A stretch of DNA of 64,000 nucleotides from Candidatus Latescibacterota bacterium (GCA_965223905.1 CBDCXV010000011.1:736001-800000), one strand, 5' to 3'; shown: positions 1-9,037, numbered from the stretch's first letter. A program made the numbers and translations. The notes: generated by a model from the sequence alone, not told the origin.

Positions 1-192
1 CCCGTCGCTTCTGTAGTCGGTGATGTAGAACCCCGAACCCTTGAAAAGAAGTCCGCCCCCGCCCCCGATCAGGCGCTTGACCTTGCCCCGACAGCTCTTC
101 TGTCGGCATTCGGTCAGAGGGTCGGCCGTGATGCTTTGAAACTCTTCAAAGGTCCTGCCGCATTTCTGACATTCGTACTCGTATGTCGGCAT
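1..192 (-). CDS. FmdB-family zinc-ribbon protein (3' end outside the window)
   Basis: Manual translation from ATG at 192: MPTYEYECQKCGRTFEEFQSITADPLTECRQKSCRGKVKRLIGGGGGLLFKGSGFYITDY. Has the typical MPxYEYxCxxC...FKGSGFYxTDY signature. Not in the ORF track. Confidence 0.9.
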   Translation of the reverse strand, partial: MPTYEYECQKCGRTFEEFQSITADPLTECRQKSCRGKVKRLIGGGGGLLFKGSGFYITDYRSDG

Positions 193-379
193 GGCGTTTT
201 GGCGGAGTAGGGCGGTCCGTAGGGCAATTCGGCCCGAGGCGGTTTTGGTGCGGGTGATTTTCTAAAAAGACTCAAATATAGCCTCACCCCGGAAGTGCGC
301 AAGATCAGACTGGATAAGCCGTTAGGTGCCGGTGAGGAAAGCCGGCAGGCAGGTTAATCCGCTCTGCGGTGGGATGCTG

Positions 380-2536
380 TCAGGGAGCAAGCCCCGGAAG
401 GTCGCCGTTGCTGAATGCCCTCACCCGCCCGCGGGAGTCGATCCTGAGCAGGGTCAGCTCCGTATTTGCTCGCCGGTCATCCGGGAAACTGACACGGCCA
501 ACTGCCCCCTCGTACCCCCGCACTCGCGCCAACCATTCCCTCAGGGCCGCCCGCGTCTGGTGTCCTTCTTCCCATCCCTTGATCACCATTCCGGCGGCGT
601 CGTACCCATAGGCCGCAAGCCCGGGATCGCGGCCGAAGCGGGTGCGGAATTCATCCGTAAACGCCCGGGACGAAGCGGCGCGGTATCGACCGGAAACAAG
701 CACCCCCCCTTCGACGTACTTTTTTTCGATCCGGCTCATCTGACCGATCTCCTCCGGGCGATACCAGATATCGTTGCCCAACACCTTCCCCTCCAATCGA
801 AAGAATCGCAACTGCGCAGCGATGGTGCGGGCGTCGTCAAAGCTCTCCACGACCACCGCGATGCCGTCGATCGTATCGATGAAGATCTCTGTCGAATCCG
901 AAGGTTCCTCGGTCATTTCAAGGCCGGCCTCCAGGAGCTGGTAGAACGTCTCCTCCCCGGCTAGTGTCGTATCGAGAACGGCAAGGGACAGCGAGTCGAG
1001 CACGGCGAGGGAATCGACCGTGTCCGAGGACGGCATCTGGCGGAACCCAGCCTGCCTGAGGGCCTCGAACTGGTTCTTGAAATCGGTCGTCTCTTCCGGA
1101 ACGTACCAGTCGCTGTGTACGACCTCGCCGCCGTTGCTCTCGGCCAGTTCGACAAAGGCGCGGTGGAAATTCCACCCGTAGTCAGTCAGCGGGGCGAGAA
1201 CGGCGAGGGTACCGAGCCCGAGGACGAGGGTGGCGTACTCGGCCAGGGCGCGTCCCTGGATCTCCGGCACCACGTTCAGCTGAAAAATGTGCCCCCCGAG
1301 CGTGTCGAGACCGCTCTGCTGCGCCAGCGGCGCGATCAAGGGGATGCCTGCCGCTTCCGCCACTACGGAAGCCGCGACACATGCGGGACTGAACACCGGG
1401 CCGATTATGGCGACCACATCCTGGTCCCGGGCCAATGACTGCACGGCCGAAACCGTCCGCAGCAGGCTGCCGCCAGCCCCTTGCGAAATGGAAACCGAAG
1501 ACCCTTGCGCTCCCACGAGCCGGCGCTCCCCGGTGTCTACGACCTTGAGCTCGAAGGGCTTCCCCATCCGGTCGTTCGCCATGTGAATGCCAGCGAGGAG
1601 CTCTTCACCCACGTAGCTCCGGGACCCGCTCAAGGGCATCGGGATGCCGATCGCAGGCCTCCCATCCGGGTCCGCCGACTCCGACGCGGTGATCACCCCT
1701 GATTCGGCGGGCAGTCCGCCGGCCCTCCATTCTCCTTCCGCCGCGTTCCCCGGAGTGCCGCCGGAAAGCGTCCTGCGGGCGAGGGCGGCGAAAACACCGT
1801 TCTCCACGCTGTCGAGATAGGCGGTGAGGACGGCGCGGCTGCGGCCGTGCCACCCCAGGCGGGCATACCACCGGGCTTCGCCGAACAGCACGGCGTCCCG
1901 AAAACGCTCGGCGCCAACCAGCCGGCCGATTCGCTCCCGTTCCTCGGTAGTGATCACCCGATTTCTGACGATAGCCGCCAGCCTTTCGGCGGCGCTCGCC
2001 TGCAGCGACAACGGCCCCGGAGTCGCCAGCAGGCGGGCGTACTCGGCTGCTGCTTCGCGGTAACGTTTCAATTGGTACAAACAATCCCCGGCCACAAGGC
2101 GGGCATCCGCGGTGTAGCGACTACCCCGATAGTCGATTTCGATTCGGCGGGCCGCCTCCAGGGCTTCCCGGTACCGTTCCAGGCGCATCAGGGCTCTGCT
2201 CACCAGCAGCAGCGCCGCGGATGAGCGCTGATTCGAGTGCATGGCGCTGACTTCTTCAAGAGCGCTCAGCGCTTCTCCATAGTCCCCTTCGGCGTAGGCC
2301 GCCAAGCCGTTGGCGAACTTGCGCTCGGCCTCAGGGGAGTATGTCTGTCTCGGAAGCGGTTGTGCCGAGGTGGGGCTGGAAAGGGAAGCGACGGCCACGA
2401 GGCTGAACGAGAGAGCCGTCGCAAACAGGGCCTCGCCTGGAGTCGGCGCGCCCGGAAGGGGTCTGGTCCTGCTGAATAAGAAACGCCACATCTGTATGTG
2501 GGAGCGTAATTTATGCGCGAGCAAATCGACTGTCAA
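380..2536 (-). CDS. Exported protein with N-terminal TPR-like repeats and a C-terminal type I periplasmic-binding domain (LppC/LpoA-like)
   Basis: Hydrophobic signal region, helical TPR-like repeats, and IGIPMPLSG...AIIGPVFS...DYG...AAYGYDA motifs. The start is uncertain and may be further downstream. Confidence 0.75.
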   Translation of the reverse strand: MTVDLLAHKLRSHIQMWRFLFSRTRPLPGAPTPGEALFATALSFSLVAVASLSSPTSAQPLPRQTYSPEAERKFANGLAAYAEGDYGEALSALEEVSAMHSNQRSSAALLLVSRALMRLERYREALEAARRIEIDYRGSRYTADARLVAGDCLYQLKRYREAAAEYARLLATPGPLSLQASAAERLAAIVRNRVITTEERERIGRLVGAERFRDAVLFGEARWYARLGWHGRSRAVLTAYLDSVENGVFAALARRTLSGGTPGNAAEGEWRAGGLPAESGVITASESADPDGRPAIGIPMPLSGSRSYVGEELLAGIHMANDRMGKPFELKVVDTGERRLVGAQGSSVSISQGAGGSLLRTVSAVQSLARDQDVVAIIGPVFSPACVAASVVAEAAGIPLIAPLAQQSGLDTLGGHIFQLNVVPEIQGRALAEYATLVLGLGTLAVLAPLTDYGWNFHRAFVELAESNGGEVVHSDWYVPEETTDFKNQFEALRQAGFRQMPSSDTVDSLAVLDSLSLAVLDTTLAGEETFYQLLEAGLEMTEEPSDSTEIFIDTIDGIAVVVESFDDARTIAAQLRFFRLEGKVLGNDIWYRPEEIGQMSRIEKKYVEGGVLVSGRYRAASSRAFTDEFRTRFGRDPGLAAYGYDAAGMVIKGWEEGHQTRAALREWLARVRGYEGAVGRVSFPDDRRANTELTLLRIDSRGRVRAFSNGDLPGLAP

Positions 2537-2605
2537 TCGTTGTCGCCCGCGGCGGGCTCCGGTATATTCGGTGCTCGCCGACCAGTCAATTGCGGGGGGT
2601 TTGTC

Positions 2606-4135
2606 ATGAATGTGCGAATGGAAAAGCCAGGGATGGACCCGGAAAAACTACGGGAGTTTCTGTCGCAGCAATACGAGAAAACAGCTGAGCCCTCTCCTCA
2701 TTCGGAACCCGCCGGCAGCGGGGATGGCGAACTGTCTTCTCCACCCGGCGAAAAACTGAACTTCAGCCTCAAGCCGGAGGAACTTATAGCCTATCTCGAT
2801 GAATACGTCGTCAGGCAGGAGAAAGCCAAGGCGATCCTCGCCACCAAGATCTGCACCCACTTCAACCGTCTCAATCTCCCGATCGATGACGAAGAGGTTC
2901 TCGTGGGATCGATAAAGAACAACGTGCTGATGATTGGCCCGACCGGTGTCGGCAAGACCTTCCTTGTCAAGCTGATCGCCCGCCGGCTGGGAGTACCGTT
3001 CGTAAAGGCGGATGCCACGAAGTTTTCCGAAACAGGGTACGTAGGAGGCGACGTCGAAGACCTGGTGCGAGAGCTGGTATCCGAAGCCGACGGCGACATC
3101 GAGCTCGCCGAGCACGGGATCATCTACATCGACGAAATCGACAAGATTGCCTCGACGAGAACGACGGCAGGCCCCGATGTCTCCGGCTCAGGGGTACAGC
3201 GCAACCTTCTGAAGCTGATGGAGGAAACAGAGGTCGATCTGAAAGCCCCGCACGACATCTCGTCGCAGATGGAATCGGTGATTCAGATCCAGAGAACCGG
3301 TAGGGCGGAGCGCAAGAAAATAAATACCCGGAACATCCTTTTCGTCGTCAGTGGGGCTTTCGGTGAACTCCAGGAGATCATCGCGCGACGCCTGAATCGC
3401 GGAGCCATGGGCTTTCGACTCCGTGACACGCGCGCCCCGGCGGAGGACGCCGTGGCCGACGGCGAACTGTTTAACGAGGTCCGGGCAGAAGACCTGATCG
3501 ATTTTGGATTCGAATCGGAGTTCATCGGACGCCTTCCCGTCGTTGCCGTGCTCCATAGCCTGGACTGCAATGACCTTCTCGAAATCCTCAGGGGGGAGAA
3601 CAGCAGCGTCATACTGTCGAAAAGGCGGGATTTCAAAGCCTACGGAATCGATCTCGATTTCACCGACGAGGCCTTTCAGAAACTGGCGGAAATGGCTTTC
3701 GAAGAGCAGATCGGGGCACGCGGGCTGGTCAGCGTGGTCGAGAAAGTCCTGCTTCGCTTCGAAACCCGGCTGCCTTCTACGGACCTCGAGTCATTCACCG
3801 TGACCGAACGCACCGTCTTCGATCCCGAGGGTGAATTGAAATCCATGCTTGTAGATACCAGCCTGCAAAGCTTTTCTGCGAAGTTCTCGTGCGACTACGG
3901 TATTCGCCTGAGTTTTTCCGGGGAGGCCGTCGAAGCGGTAAAGAAAATCGCCAGAGAACAGGGCCGGTTGCCTGGCGAGGTTTGCGCCGAGCTCCTTTCG
4001 GACTACGGCCACGGCCTGCAGCTGCTGGAATTGAAGCAATTCGAAATCACCCCGAAGGTGCTCTCCCGGCCGCAGGAGGTTCTGAACCAGCTTATCAAGG
4101 ACCTGTACAGTCCGGCTGCAACCGGGGATCCCTGA
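2606..4135 (+). CDS. ClpX-like AAA+ ATPase lacking the N-terminal Zn finger
   Basis: GPTGVGKT Walker A, DATKFSETGYVGGDVE, IIYIDEIDK Walker B, PEFIGRLP-like ESEFIGRLP, and GARGL. No CxxC N-domain. Start set at ATG 2606. Confidence 0.85.
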   Translation: MNVRMEKPGMDPEKLREFLSQQYEKTAEPSPHSEPAGSGDGELSSPPGEKLNFSLKPEELIAYLDEYVVRQEKAKAILATKICTHFNRLNLPIDDEEVLVGSIKNNVLMIGPTGVGKTFLVKLIARRLGVPFVKADATKFSETGYVGGDVEDLVRELVSEADGDIELAEHGIIYIDEIDKIASTRTTAGPDVSGSGVQRNLLKLMEETEVDLKAPHDISSQMESVIQIQRTGRAERKKINTRNILFVVSGAFGELQEIIARRLNRGAMGFRLRDTRAPAEDAVADGELFNEVRAEDLIDFGFESEFIGRLPVVAVLHSLDCNDLLEILRGENSSVILSKRRDFKAYGIDLDFTDEAFQKLAEMAFEEQIGARGLVSVVEKVLLRFETRLPSTDLESFTVTERTVFDPEGELKSMLVDTSLQSFSAKFSCDYGIRLSFSGEAVEAVKKIAREQGRLPGEVCAELLSDYGHGLQLLELKQFEITPKVLSRPQEVLNQLIKDLYSPAATGDP

Positions 4136-4158
4136 AACGGAGATGGTCGGTCTTCCGG

Positions 4159-5646
4159 CTACGACCGCTTCCGGGTGAGAAGCCGGGCGGACTTGCCGGC
4201 AGGCGGCCCCGGGCCCTCGCTCCCGGTTCGGTGGCGTGATTTACCACGGCCCTTCAGTCCGTATTCTTTCTCTTTTCTGTACAGCGTGCTGAGGCCGATC
4301 CCGAGCACCGCGGCGGCTTGGCGCCGGTCGTAGCCGACTGCTTCCAGGGTGTCGGCAATCGCCTGCTTTTCGATCTCCTTCATCGTCATCCCGGCCTTTA
4401 CGAAAACAGCCGGCCTTCCCCCGGGGTTCCTTATGTGGTCGGGAACGTCCTCAATGTCGAGCCTGCGGTCGGAGGTTCGCATGACGAGCATCCCCTCTAT
4501 GCAGTTCTTCAGCTCCCTTACGTTGCCGGGCCAGTCGTATTGCCCCAGACAGTCGACTGCCGCCGGAGTCATGCCGACCGCCCTTTGCCGGTTCTCCTCG
4601 GCGAATTCGCGAATGAACTCGTCGATCAGGATGGGGATGTCCTCGCGGCTTTGCCGAATTGGCGGAACCTCGATGCTGATCACGTTCAGCCGGTAGAACA
4701 GATCTGCCCGATACTCCCCATCGGAGACCATCGTTTCCAGGTCGCGATTGGTGGCGGCCACCAGGCGGACATCGACTTTGCGCGTCTCCACGCCACCTAC
4801 CCGTTCGAATTCCGAATCCTGTACGACGCGGAGCAGCTTGACCTGCGTCGGCATCGTCAAGTCCCCGACTTCGTCGAGAAAGAGGGTGCCTCCGTCGGCA
4901 AGCTCGAAGCGACCCTTGCGGGAGGCCGAGGCGCCGGTGAACGCCCCCTTCTCGTGGCCGAACAACTCGCTCTCGACGATCGCTTCGGGAAGGGCGCCGC
5001 AATTGGTCTCGACGAAGGGGCGATCGCGGCGATTGCTGTGCTGGTGGATGGCTTTAGCCAGTTCGCCCTTGCCGGTTCCTGTTTCTCCCAGCAGAAGGAC
5101 CGTGGCTTTCGAGGGAGCGACCTGCTCGATCTGGCTGTATATCCGCTGCCACATAGAGGAGCGGCGCACCACCCCCCCGAAGCGGTAGCGCCTGTCGAGA
5201 CGGCGATGGAGATCGTAGACCTCGTCGACGAGGCGCTGGTGCGAGAGACCCCTTCTCAGGACGGCGTTGATCTTGGCGAGAATGAGCGGGCGGACCTGGA
5301 AATCGTACGCCCCTTGCCGCATCGCCTCGGTGCCGAGTTCGATCCCCTCGGGGGTCGTGTTGGCGACCGCTATCGAACAGATCTCGGCATTGCGCTGCAG
5401 GGAGAGTTGAACGAGCCGTAACCCATCTACCCGCTCGGCCTGGAGATCGCAGATCAGTCCATCGACGCCCTCCGTATCGAGGATGTCGTAAGCCGACTGA
5501 CTCTCGCGGGCCCACAGCACCTCGTACCCTTCCTCCTTCAGAAAGGCGACCAAGTGCCTGGTCTCGTCGGTTTCCCCCAGGACGACGAGGACGCGCGCCT
5601 GCACGGCAGAACCGAGCGCATGCGGAATGGTGTGATCTGTTGCCAT
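4159..5646 (-). CDS. Sigma-54-dependent transcriptional regulator (NtrC/AtoC type: receiver, AAA, Fis HTH)
   Basis: GETGTGKG, ESELFGHEKGAFTGA, LFLDEVG, WPGNVREL and a C-terminal HTH (LGIGLSTLYRK). Start uncertain. Confidence 0.92.
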   Translation of the reverse strand: MATDHTIPHALGSAVQARVLVVLGETDETRHLVAFLKEEGYEVLWARESQSAYDILDTEGVDGLICDLQAERVDGLRLVQLSLQRNAEICSIAVANTTPEGIELGTEAMRQGAYDFQVRPLILAKINAVLRRGLSHQRLVDEVYDLHRRLDRRYRFGGVVRRSSMWQRIYSQIEQVAPSKATVLLLGETGTGKGELAKAIHQHSNRRDRPFVETNCGALPEAIVESELFGHEKGAFTGASASRKGRFELADGGTLFLDEVGDLTMPTQVKLLRVVQDSEFERVGGVETRKVDVRLVAATNRDLETMVSDGEYRADLFYRLNVISIEVPPIRQSREDIPILIDEFIREFAEENRQRAVGMTPAAVDCLGQYDWPGNVRELKNCIEGMLVMRTSDRRLDIEDVPDHIRNPGGRPAVFVKAGMTMKEIEKQAIADTLEAVGYDRRQAAAVLGIGLSTLYRKEKEYGLKGRGKSRHRTGSEGPGPPAGKSARLLTRKRS

Positions 5647-5762
5647 CTCAAGGGGACGAGGTATCGAAGTTTCCTCGCACCTTTCCGAATGTCTTATTCC
5701 GTCGCCTCGAACGCCATCACCTGTCAGCTGAGCAACGTCGTCTGGCAGCCCGGTTCCCGGGC

Positions 5763-6596
5763 TCATGCCGGCGTCAGGTGAGCGATCGTTTCGCAATGGG
5801 GTGTCTGGGGAAAGAGGTCGATCGGCTGAAGGGACGGTACTCGAAACCCGCCTTCGCAGAGAACCCTCGCGTCAGCGGCCAGGGACGTTGGGTTGCAGGA
5901 GACGTAACCGAGGGACGGGGGTCTCATTCCGATCAGGGCCCGCAGCACCGACTTGTAGATTCCCGCGCGTGGGGGGTCCGCGATCACGAGATCGAATCTC
6001 CTGTTTTCCGCCATCAGGACGGCGATCACCTTCTCAACACGGCCCGCCCTGAAGGTGCAGTTTCCCCCCGTTCCGTTCTTTTCGGCGTTTCTGCGGGCGT
6101 CGGCAACCGCCTCCTCGACCTGCTCGATTCAAATCACCCTGTCGGCCCGTTTTGCCAGGTGAAGGCTGATGCCTCCTGTCCCGCAGTAGAGGTCGAGGAC
6201 AGTGGCGCCGGTCAGATCACCCGCCAGCGCCAACGATCTGCTCGTACAGAACCGCTGCCTGACCGGTGTTGGTCTGGAAGAAGGCCGCTGAAATCTCGAA
6301 CCCGATCCCTCCGCAGACTTCCGAGATCCTGCCGCTTCCCTTGAGAACGAACTCCCGTTCTCCGATGGCGGCCTGGGCCTTTCCCCGGTGCAGGGTCACG
6401 ACAAAAGTCGTTATCTCCGGAACCCTTTCCAGGACACAGCGAACCAGGTCTCCGACTCCCTTGTCCGGGTACTCTGAGACAACCAGGTTCACCATCACCT
6501 CGCCGGGATTCCTGCCTTCCCGGACCACGCACGGTATCGAGAAGATCCGGTTCGACAGCTGCGACTGGAGACGGCAGTCGAGCACGTCGAAAATCC
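5763..6596 (-). pseudogene. rlmD: 23S rRNA m5U methyltransferase RlmD/RumA, C-terminal part (interrupted and frameshifted)
   Basis: FFQTN, DPPRAG, YVSCNP and DLFPQTPHCE motifs are spread over several frames. Continues from 14545-15006 across the insertion. Confidence 0.9.
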
Positions 6597-6630
6597 GGTA
6601 GTACGTCAGTTTGAAATCGAGTTATCCACA
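6597..6630 (+). repeat. Left terminal inverted repeat containing a DnaA box (TTATCCACA, 6622-6630)
   Basis: GGTAGTACGTCAGTTTGAAATCGAGTTATCCACA. Confidence 0.93.
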
Positions 6631-6671
6631 CCCCAGGAAGTGTAGTATTTACAGTAACATACCTTCCTTAA

Positions 6672-6754
6672 GGGGGCGCGGAGTCCTTGGGAGGATGGAT
6701 TGGTCTTGACTCCGTCCATCCTGTGTGCCAAGGGTCAAGATACTCCGCGCCCCC
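6672..6754 (+). ncRNA. Candidate pseudoknotted RNA, unit 1
   Basis: P1 6672-6684/6742-6754 (13 bp), P2 6685-6690/6728-6733, P3 6692-6699/6715-6722, loop 6703-6710 complementary to 6734-6741. The G-U pairs favour the plus strand. Confidence 0.6.
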
Positions 6755-6771
6755 AGCATTTCGGGGGACAA

Positions 6772-6848
6772 GGGAGCAGGGCCGGTTGTGTGGGAGCGAG
6801 CAGTCCGATGCAGCTCGCTCCGATAAACCATCGGATTGGCCCTGCCCC
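6772..6848 (+). ncRNA. Candidate pseudoknotted RNA, unit 2 (same topology as unit 1)
   Basis: P1 6776-6783/6838-6845, P2 6784-6787/6826-6829, P3 6793-6801/6813-6821, loop 6802-6809 complementary to 6830-6837. Confidence 0.6.
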
Positions 6849-6893
6849 CCACTTGACATTGCCAGCTTGCGCCTCCAACCACAGGAGGCAGAT

Positions 6894-7160
6894 ATGGAAA
6901 GCGGAAAGCTCAAACCAGGATGGCAGGAGGGCATCAAGAAGCTGATCGCAGAAGCAGACCGGCAGGAGGAACTAACTCCGGGTGACGGGGAGGATTTGAG
7001 AGGTGCCCCCCCCGCCTCCACGGGATTCGAGAGCGGCGATCCGGGAAACAGCGGATTCAAGGTCATTTCGGAGAGAACGGAGCGTCTTTTCAAACAACTG
7101 GAGCTGGGCTTCGAGCGCATCAATGCTCTCCGCAAGGCCAGGGGGCTCCCACCCGTCTAA
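6894..7160 (+). CDS. Hypothetical protein, 88 aa
   Basis: AGGAGG at 6883-6888 before the ATG and TTGACA at 6853-6858. Overlaps a convergent ORF. Confidence 0.5.
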   Translation: MESGKLKPGWQEGIKKLIAEADRQEELTPGDGEDLRGAPPASTGFESGDPGNSGFKVISERTERLFKQLELGFERINALRKARGLPPV

Positions 7161-7271
7161 GCGCATCAGTTTCTCCAGCTTTTGGGTTGCCTCTTCCACC
7201 TTAAGTGAGTTAGTGACAGGGGTGTTCAGATACTTTTGAAGCCTCTGTATTTCCTTGTCGAACTGCGCCAT
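6972..7271 (-). CDS. Hypothetical coiled-coil protein, 99 aa
   Basis: GGAG upstream of ATG 7271, strong heptad pattern, co-oriented with the transposase. Confidence 0.6.
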   Translation of the reverse strand: MAQFDKEIQRLQKYLNTPVTNSLKVEEATQKLEKLMRLDGWEPPGLAESIDALEAQLQLFEKTLRSLRNDLESAVSRIAALESRGGGGGTSQILPVTRS

Positions 7272-7290
7272 CGTGATTTTCTCCAAAGGG

Positions 7291-7587
7291 TTAGGCGGTG
7301 GCGATTTGCGGCCCCTGGCTGTTACGAGCAGCCGGGGCCGTGTCTATGTTCAGCATTTTTTTCAATTTCATATCTGTCTGTTTGTAATCTTGCACGGCAG
7401 ATCCATCTGCAATTGAGCCCGGCAGAGCTATTGGTATAGGGCTCCACTTGCCGCCACTGGTCCGATAGTCCCACATGGTTCCATCATCGCAAATCACGAT
7501 GTAGGAGCCATCAAAATGTCCACGCACCATTGCTACAGGCTTTCTGGGTTCCGGAACTGGGACTTCTTGTTGACTATCGTCACACAC
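7291..7587 (-). CDS. Hypothetical protein overlapping the transposase stop
   Basis: ORF track; the start overlaps the transposase 3' end, suggesting translational coupling. Confidence 0.5.
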   Translation of the reverse strand: MCDDSQQEVPVPEPRKPVAMVRGHFDGSYIVICDDGTMWDYRTSGGKWSPIPIALPGSIADGSAVQDYKQTDMKLKKMLNIDTAPAARNSQGPQIATA

Positions 7588-8470
7588 TTTCCTTCTCCAT
7601 TTTCCGGTAGGTTTTGGGACGATCTGGCTTGGGAGCCCTGTAGTCGATCAGGTCCAAGATCCAGCCTATGTCGTAGGGCCATTCGAAGATACCGGCTTTC
7701 ATGGCCGGGGTTTTTCCGTCCAAGCTCATGTGAGGGCGGATGAAGTTGTAGTACAGGAAGTAGAGGCTGCACATGTGAACGTGGTTCTGGAACTTCTTGC
7801 TGAATCCGTTGGTGCTTCGAGTGAACCGCCTCATTCCCATTCGCATGGTGAGGTTCTGACGTTCGACATGTGAGGTAGTGATGTGCTTGGGATCAGGATC
7901 ACCCTTTATCACCGATTTTTCGCTAGTGACTTCGATGGGGAGGGTAAATTTCCCATCTGGAGTATTCGTCGGATACTTGAAAGATTTCACAAGCTGGCTG
8001 TAGTCTACGAAGTTGCCGAAAGCCTTATCTACGGACTCTTGATAGGACCCCAAACCGTCAGTGGTCAGTTGCACTCGATAGGCAAGTCGACTCTGGAGGT
8101 CCTTCATGAACTTCTCGCCGGTTTCAATGGTGCGATCCCCGATCTGGTAAGAGACGATCAACTTACTTTTGGGATCTATGGCAGTCCAGGTCCAGATGTC
8201 CCCGGCAAAGGGAGGGGGATTCTTGGCCGTTTCGACGTTCTTCTTCTTGGCGTAGCAGAAAGCCCATATCTCATCGCACTGAATGCGCTTCGCCCTGACC
8301 ATGCGGACATTCCGGTCATGGAACTCGGCAGCGGCTTCTCCAGCGTCAACGAGCAGCTTCTTGACGGTGTTGAAGGAGCATCGGACAAGGCGGGCAGTGG
8401 CCTGCATCGAGTTGCCTTCTACTAGAAGATTCAGGACTTGCTCACGGTCTGACCTTGGGAGGGTTTTCAT
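7580..8470 (-). CDS. IS1-family DDE transposase (single ORF, N-terminal HTH)
   Basis: LVEGNSMQATARL HTH; IQCDEIW, WTWTAID, QLTTDG and TSHVERQNLTMRMGMRRFTR motifs typical of IS1-type transposases. Intact. Confidence 0.9.
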   Translation of the reverse strand: MKTLPRSDREQVLNLLVEGNSMQATARLVRCSFNTVKKLLVDAGEAAAEFHDRNVRMVRAKRIQCDEIWAFCYAKKKNVETAKNPPPFAGDIWTWTAIDPKSKLIVSYQIGDRTIETGEKFMKDLQSRLAYRVQLTTDGLGSYQESVDKAFGNFVDYSQLVKSFKYPTNTPDGKFTLPIEVTSEKSVIKGDPDPKHITTSHVERQNLTMRMGMRRFTRSTNGFSKKFQNHVHMCSLYFLYYNFIRPHMSLDGKTPAMKAGIFEWPYDIGWILDLIDYRAPKPDRPKTYRKMEKESV

Positions 8471-8510
8471 GCTTGCACAGTTCCTTCTTTGGGAGGGATT
8501 TCATACAAAT

Positions 8511-8539
8511 ATAGTACGAAAAAAACCGTGCAAAATCAA
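8511..8539 (-). promoter_or_regulatory. Sigma-70 promoter for the transposase
   Basis: TTGATT-N17-TACTAT on the minus strand, 40 bp upstream of the ATG. Confidence 0.6.
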
Positions 8540-8569
8540 CGTAATCCAGTTAAAAAACAACTATTTATG

Positions 8570-8605
8570 GCTTCAATGAGGCCGGGGTCCGAAGACCCCG
8601 GAAAG
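8570..8605 (-). CRISPR. Solitary CRISPR repeat unit, type I-G (I-U)-like; not an array
   Basis: Minus strand CTTTCCGGGGTCTTCGGACCCCGGCCTCATTGAAGC: 36 nt, 8-bp GC stem, 3' ATTGAAGC handle. No second copy seen. TATAAT at 8625-8630 upstream. Confidence 0.7.
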
Positions 8606-8758
8606 GCAATGGCAAGGAAAGGATATTATATACAATCTTACCCACGGAGACTGGTAAAGCCTACCGCTTCCGTCCTGATTCCTCCAGGTAGCATGTCATC
8701 TCCCTTCGCGAGCCCGATCCCTCACTCGCCTTCATCTAGGATCAGACCAAGCATTTGT

Positions 8759-8995
8759 CTACTCGCATCGAGCTTTGCAGGTATCGGCAGCTTTACCGGA
8801 CCGGGCAATACAGGCTCTCTTGTCACTGTCCCAAAACCGGGAAAAGCATACCGGTATACTGTCCTCGTAATCCTGCTGGCAATAACTGATACACCGCGCC
8901 TTAGCCTCTTCTGCGGAACAGGAGCTGGCAGGATTGGAACGGCTGCATCCATAGACCAACACAGCGGCCGCGATCAACAGCAGTGCGGGTGTCAT
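8759..8995 (-). CDS. Small cysteine-rich lipoprotein
   Basis: Signal peptide with lipobox VYGC followed by seven more Cys; AAGGAGG SD. Confidence 0.7.
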   Translation of the reverse strand: MTPALLLIAAAVLVYGCSRSNPASSCSAEEAKARCISYCQQDYEDSIPVCFSRFWDSDKRACIARSGKAADTCKARCE

Positions 8996-9037
8996 GCGAC
9001 CTCCTTGGTCAGCTGTCGGAAGCGTCTACGGCGGGGG

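Noticed and set aside
6672-6848. c-di-GMP-II riboswitch
   Set aside because: Similar topology, but the conserved unpaired junction nucleotides and canonical kink-turn GA pairs are not present.
8480-8760. A CRISPR array around the repeat at 8570-8605
   Set aside because: No second full or degenerate repeat at spacer distance on either side, so it is reported only as a solitary unit.
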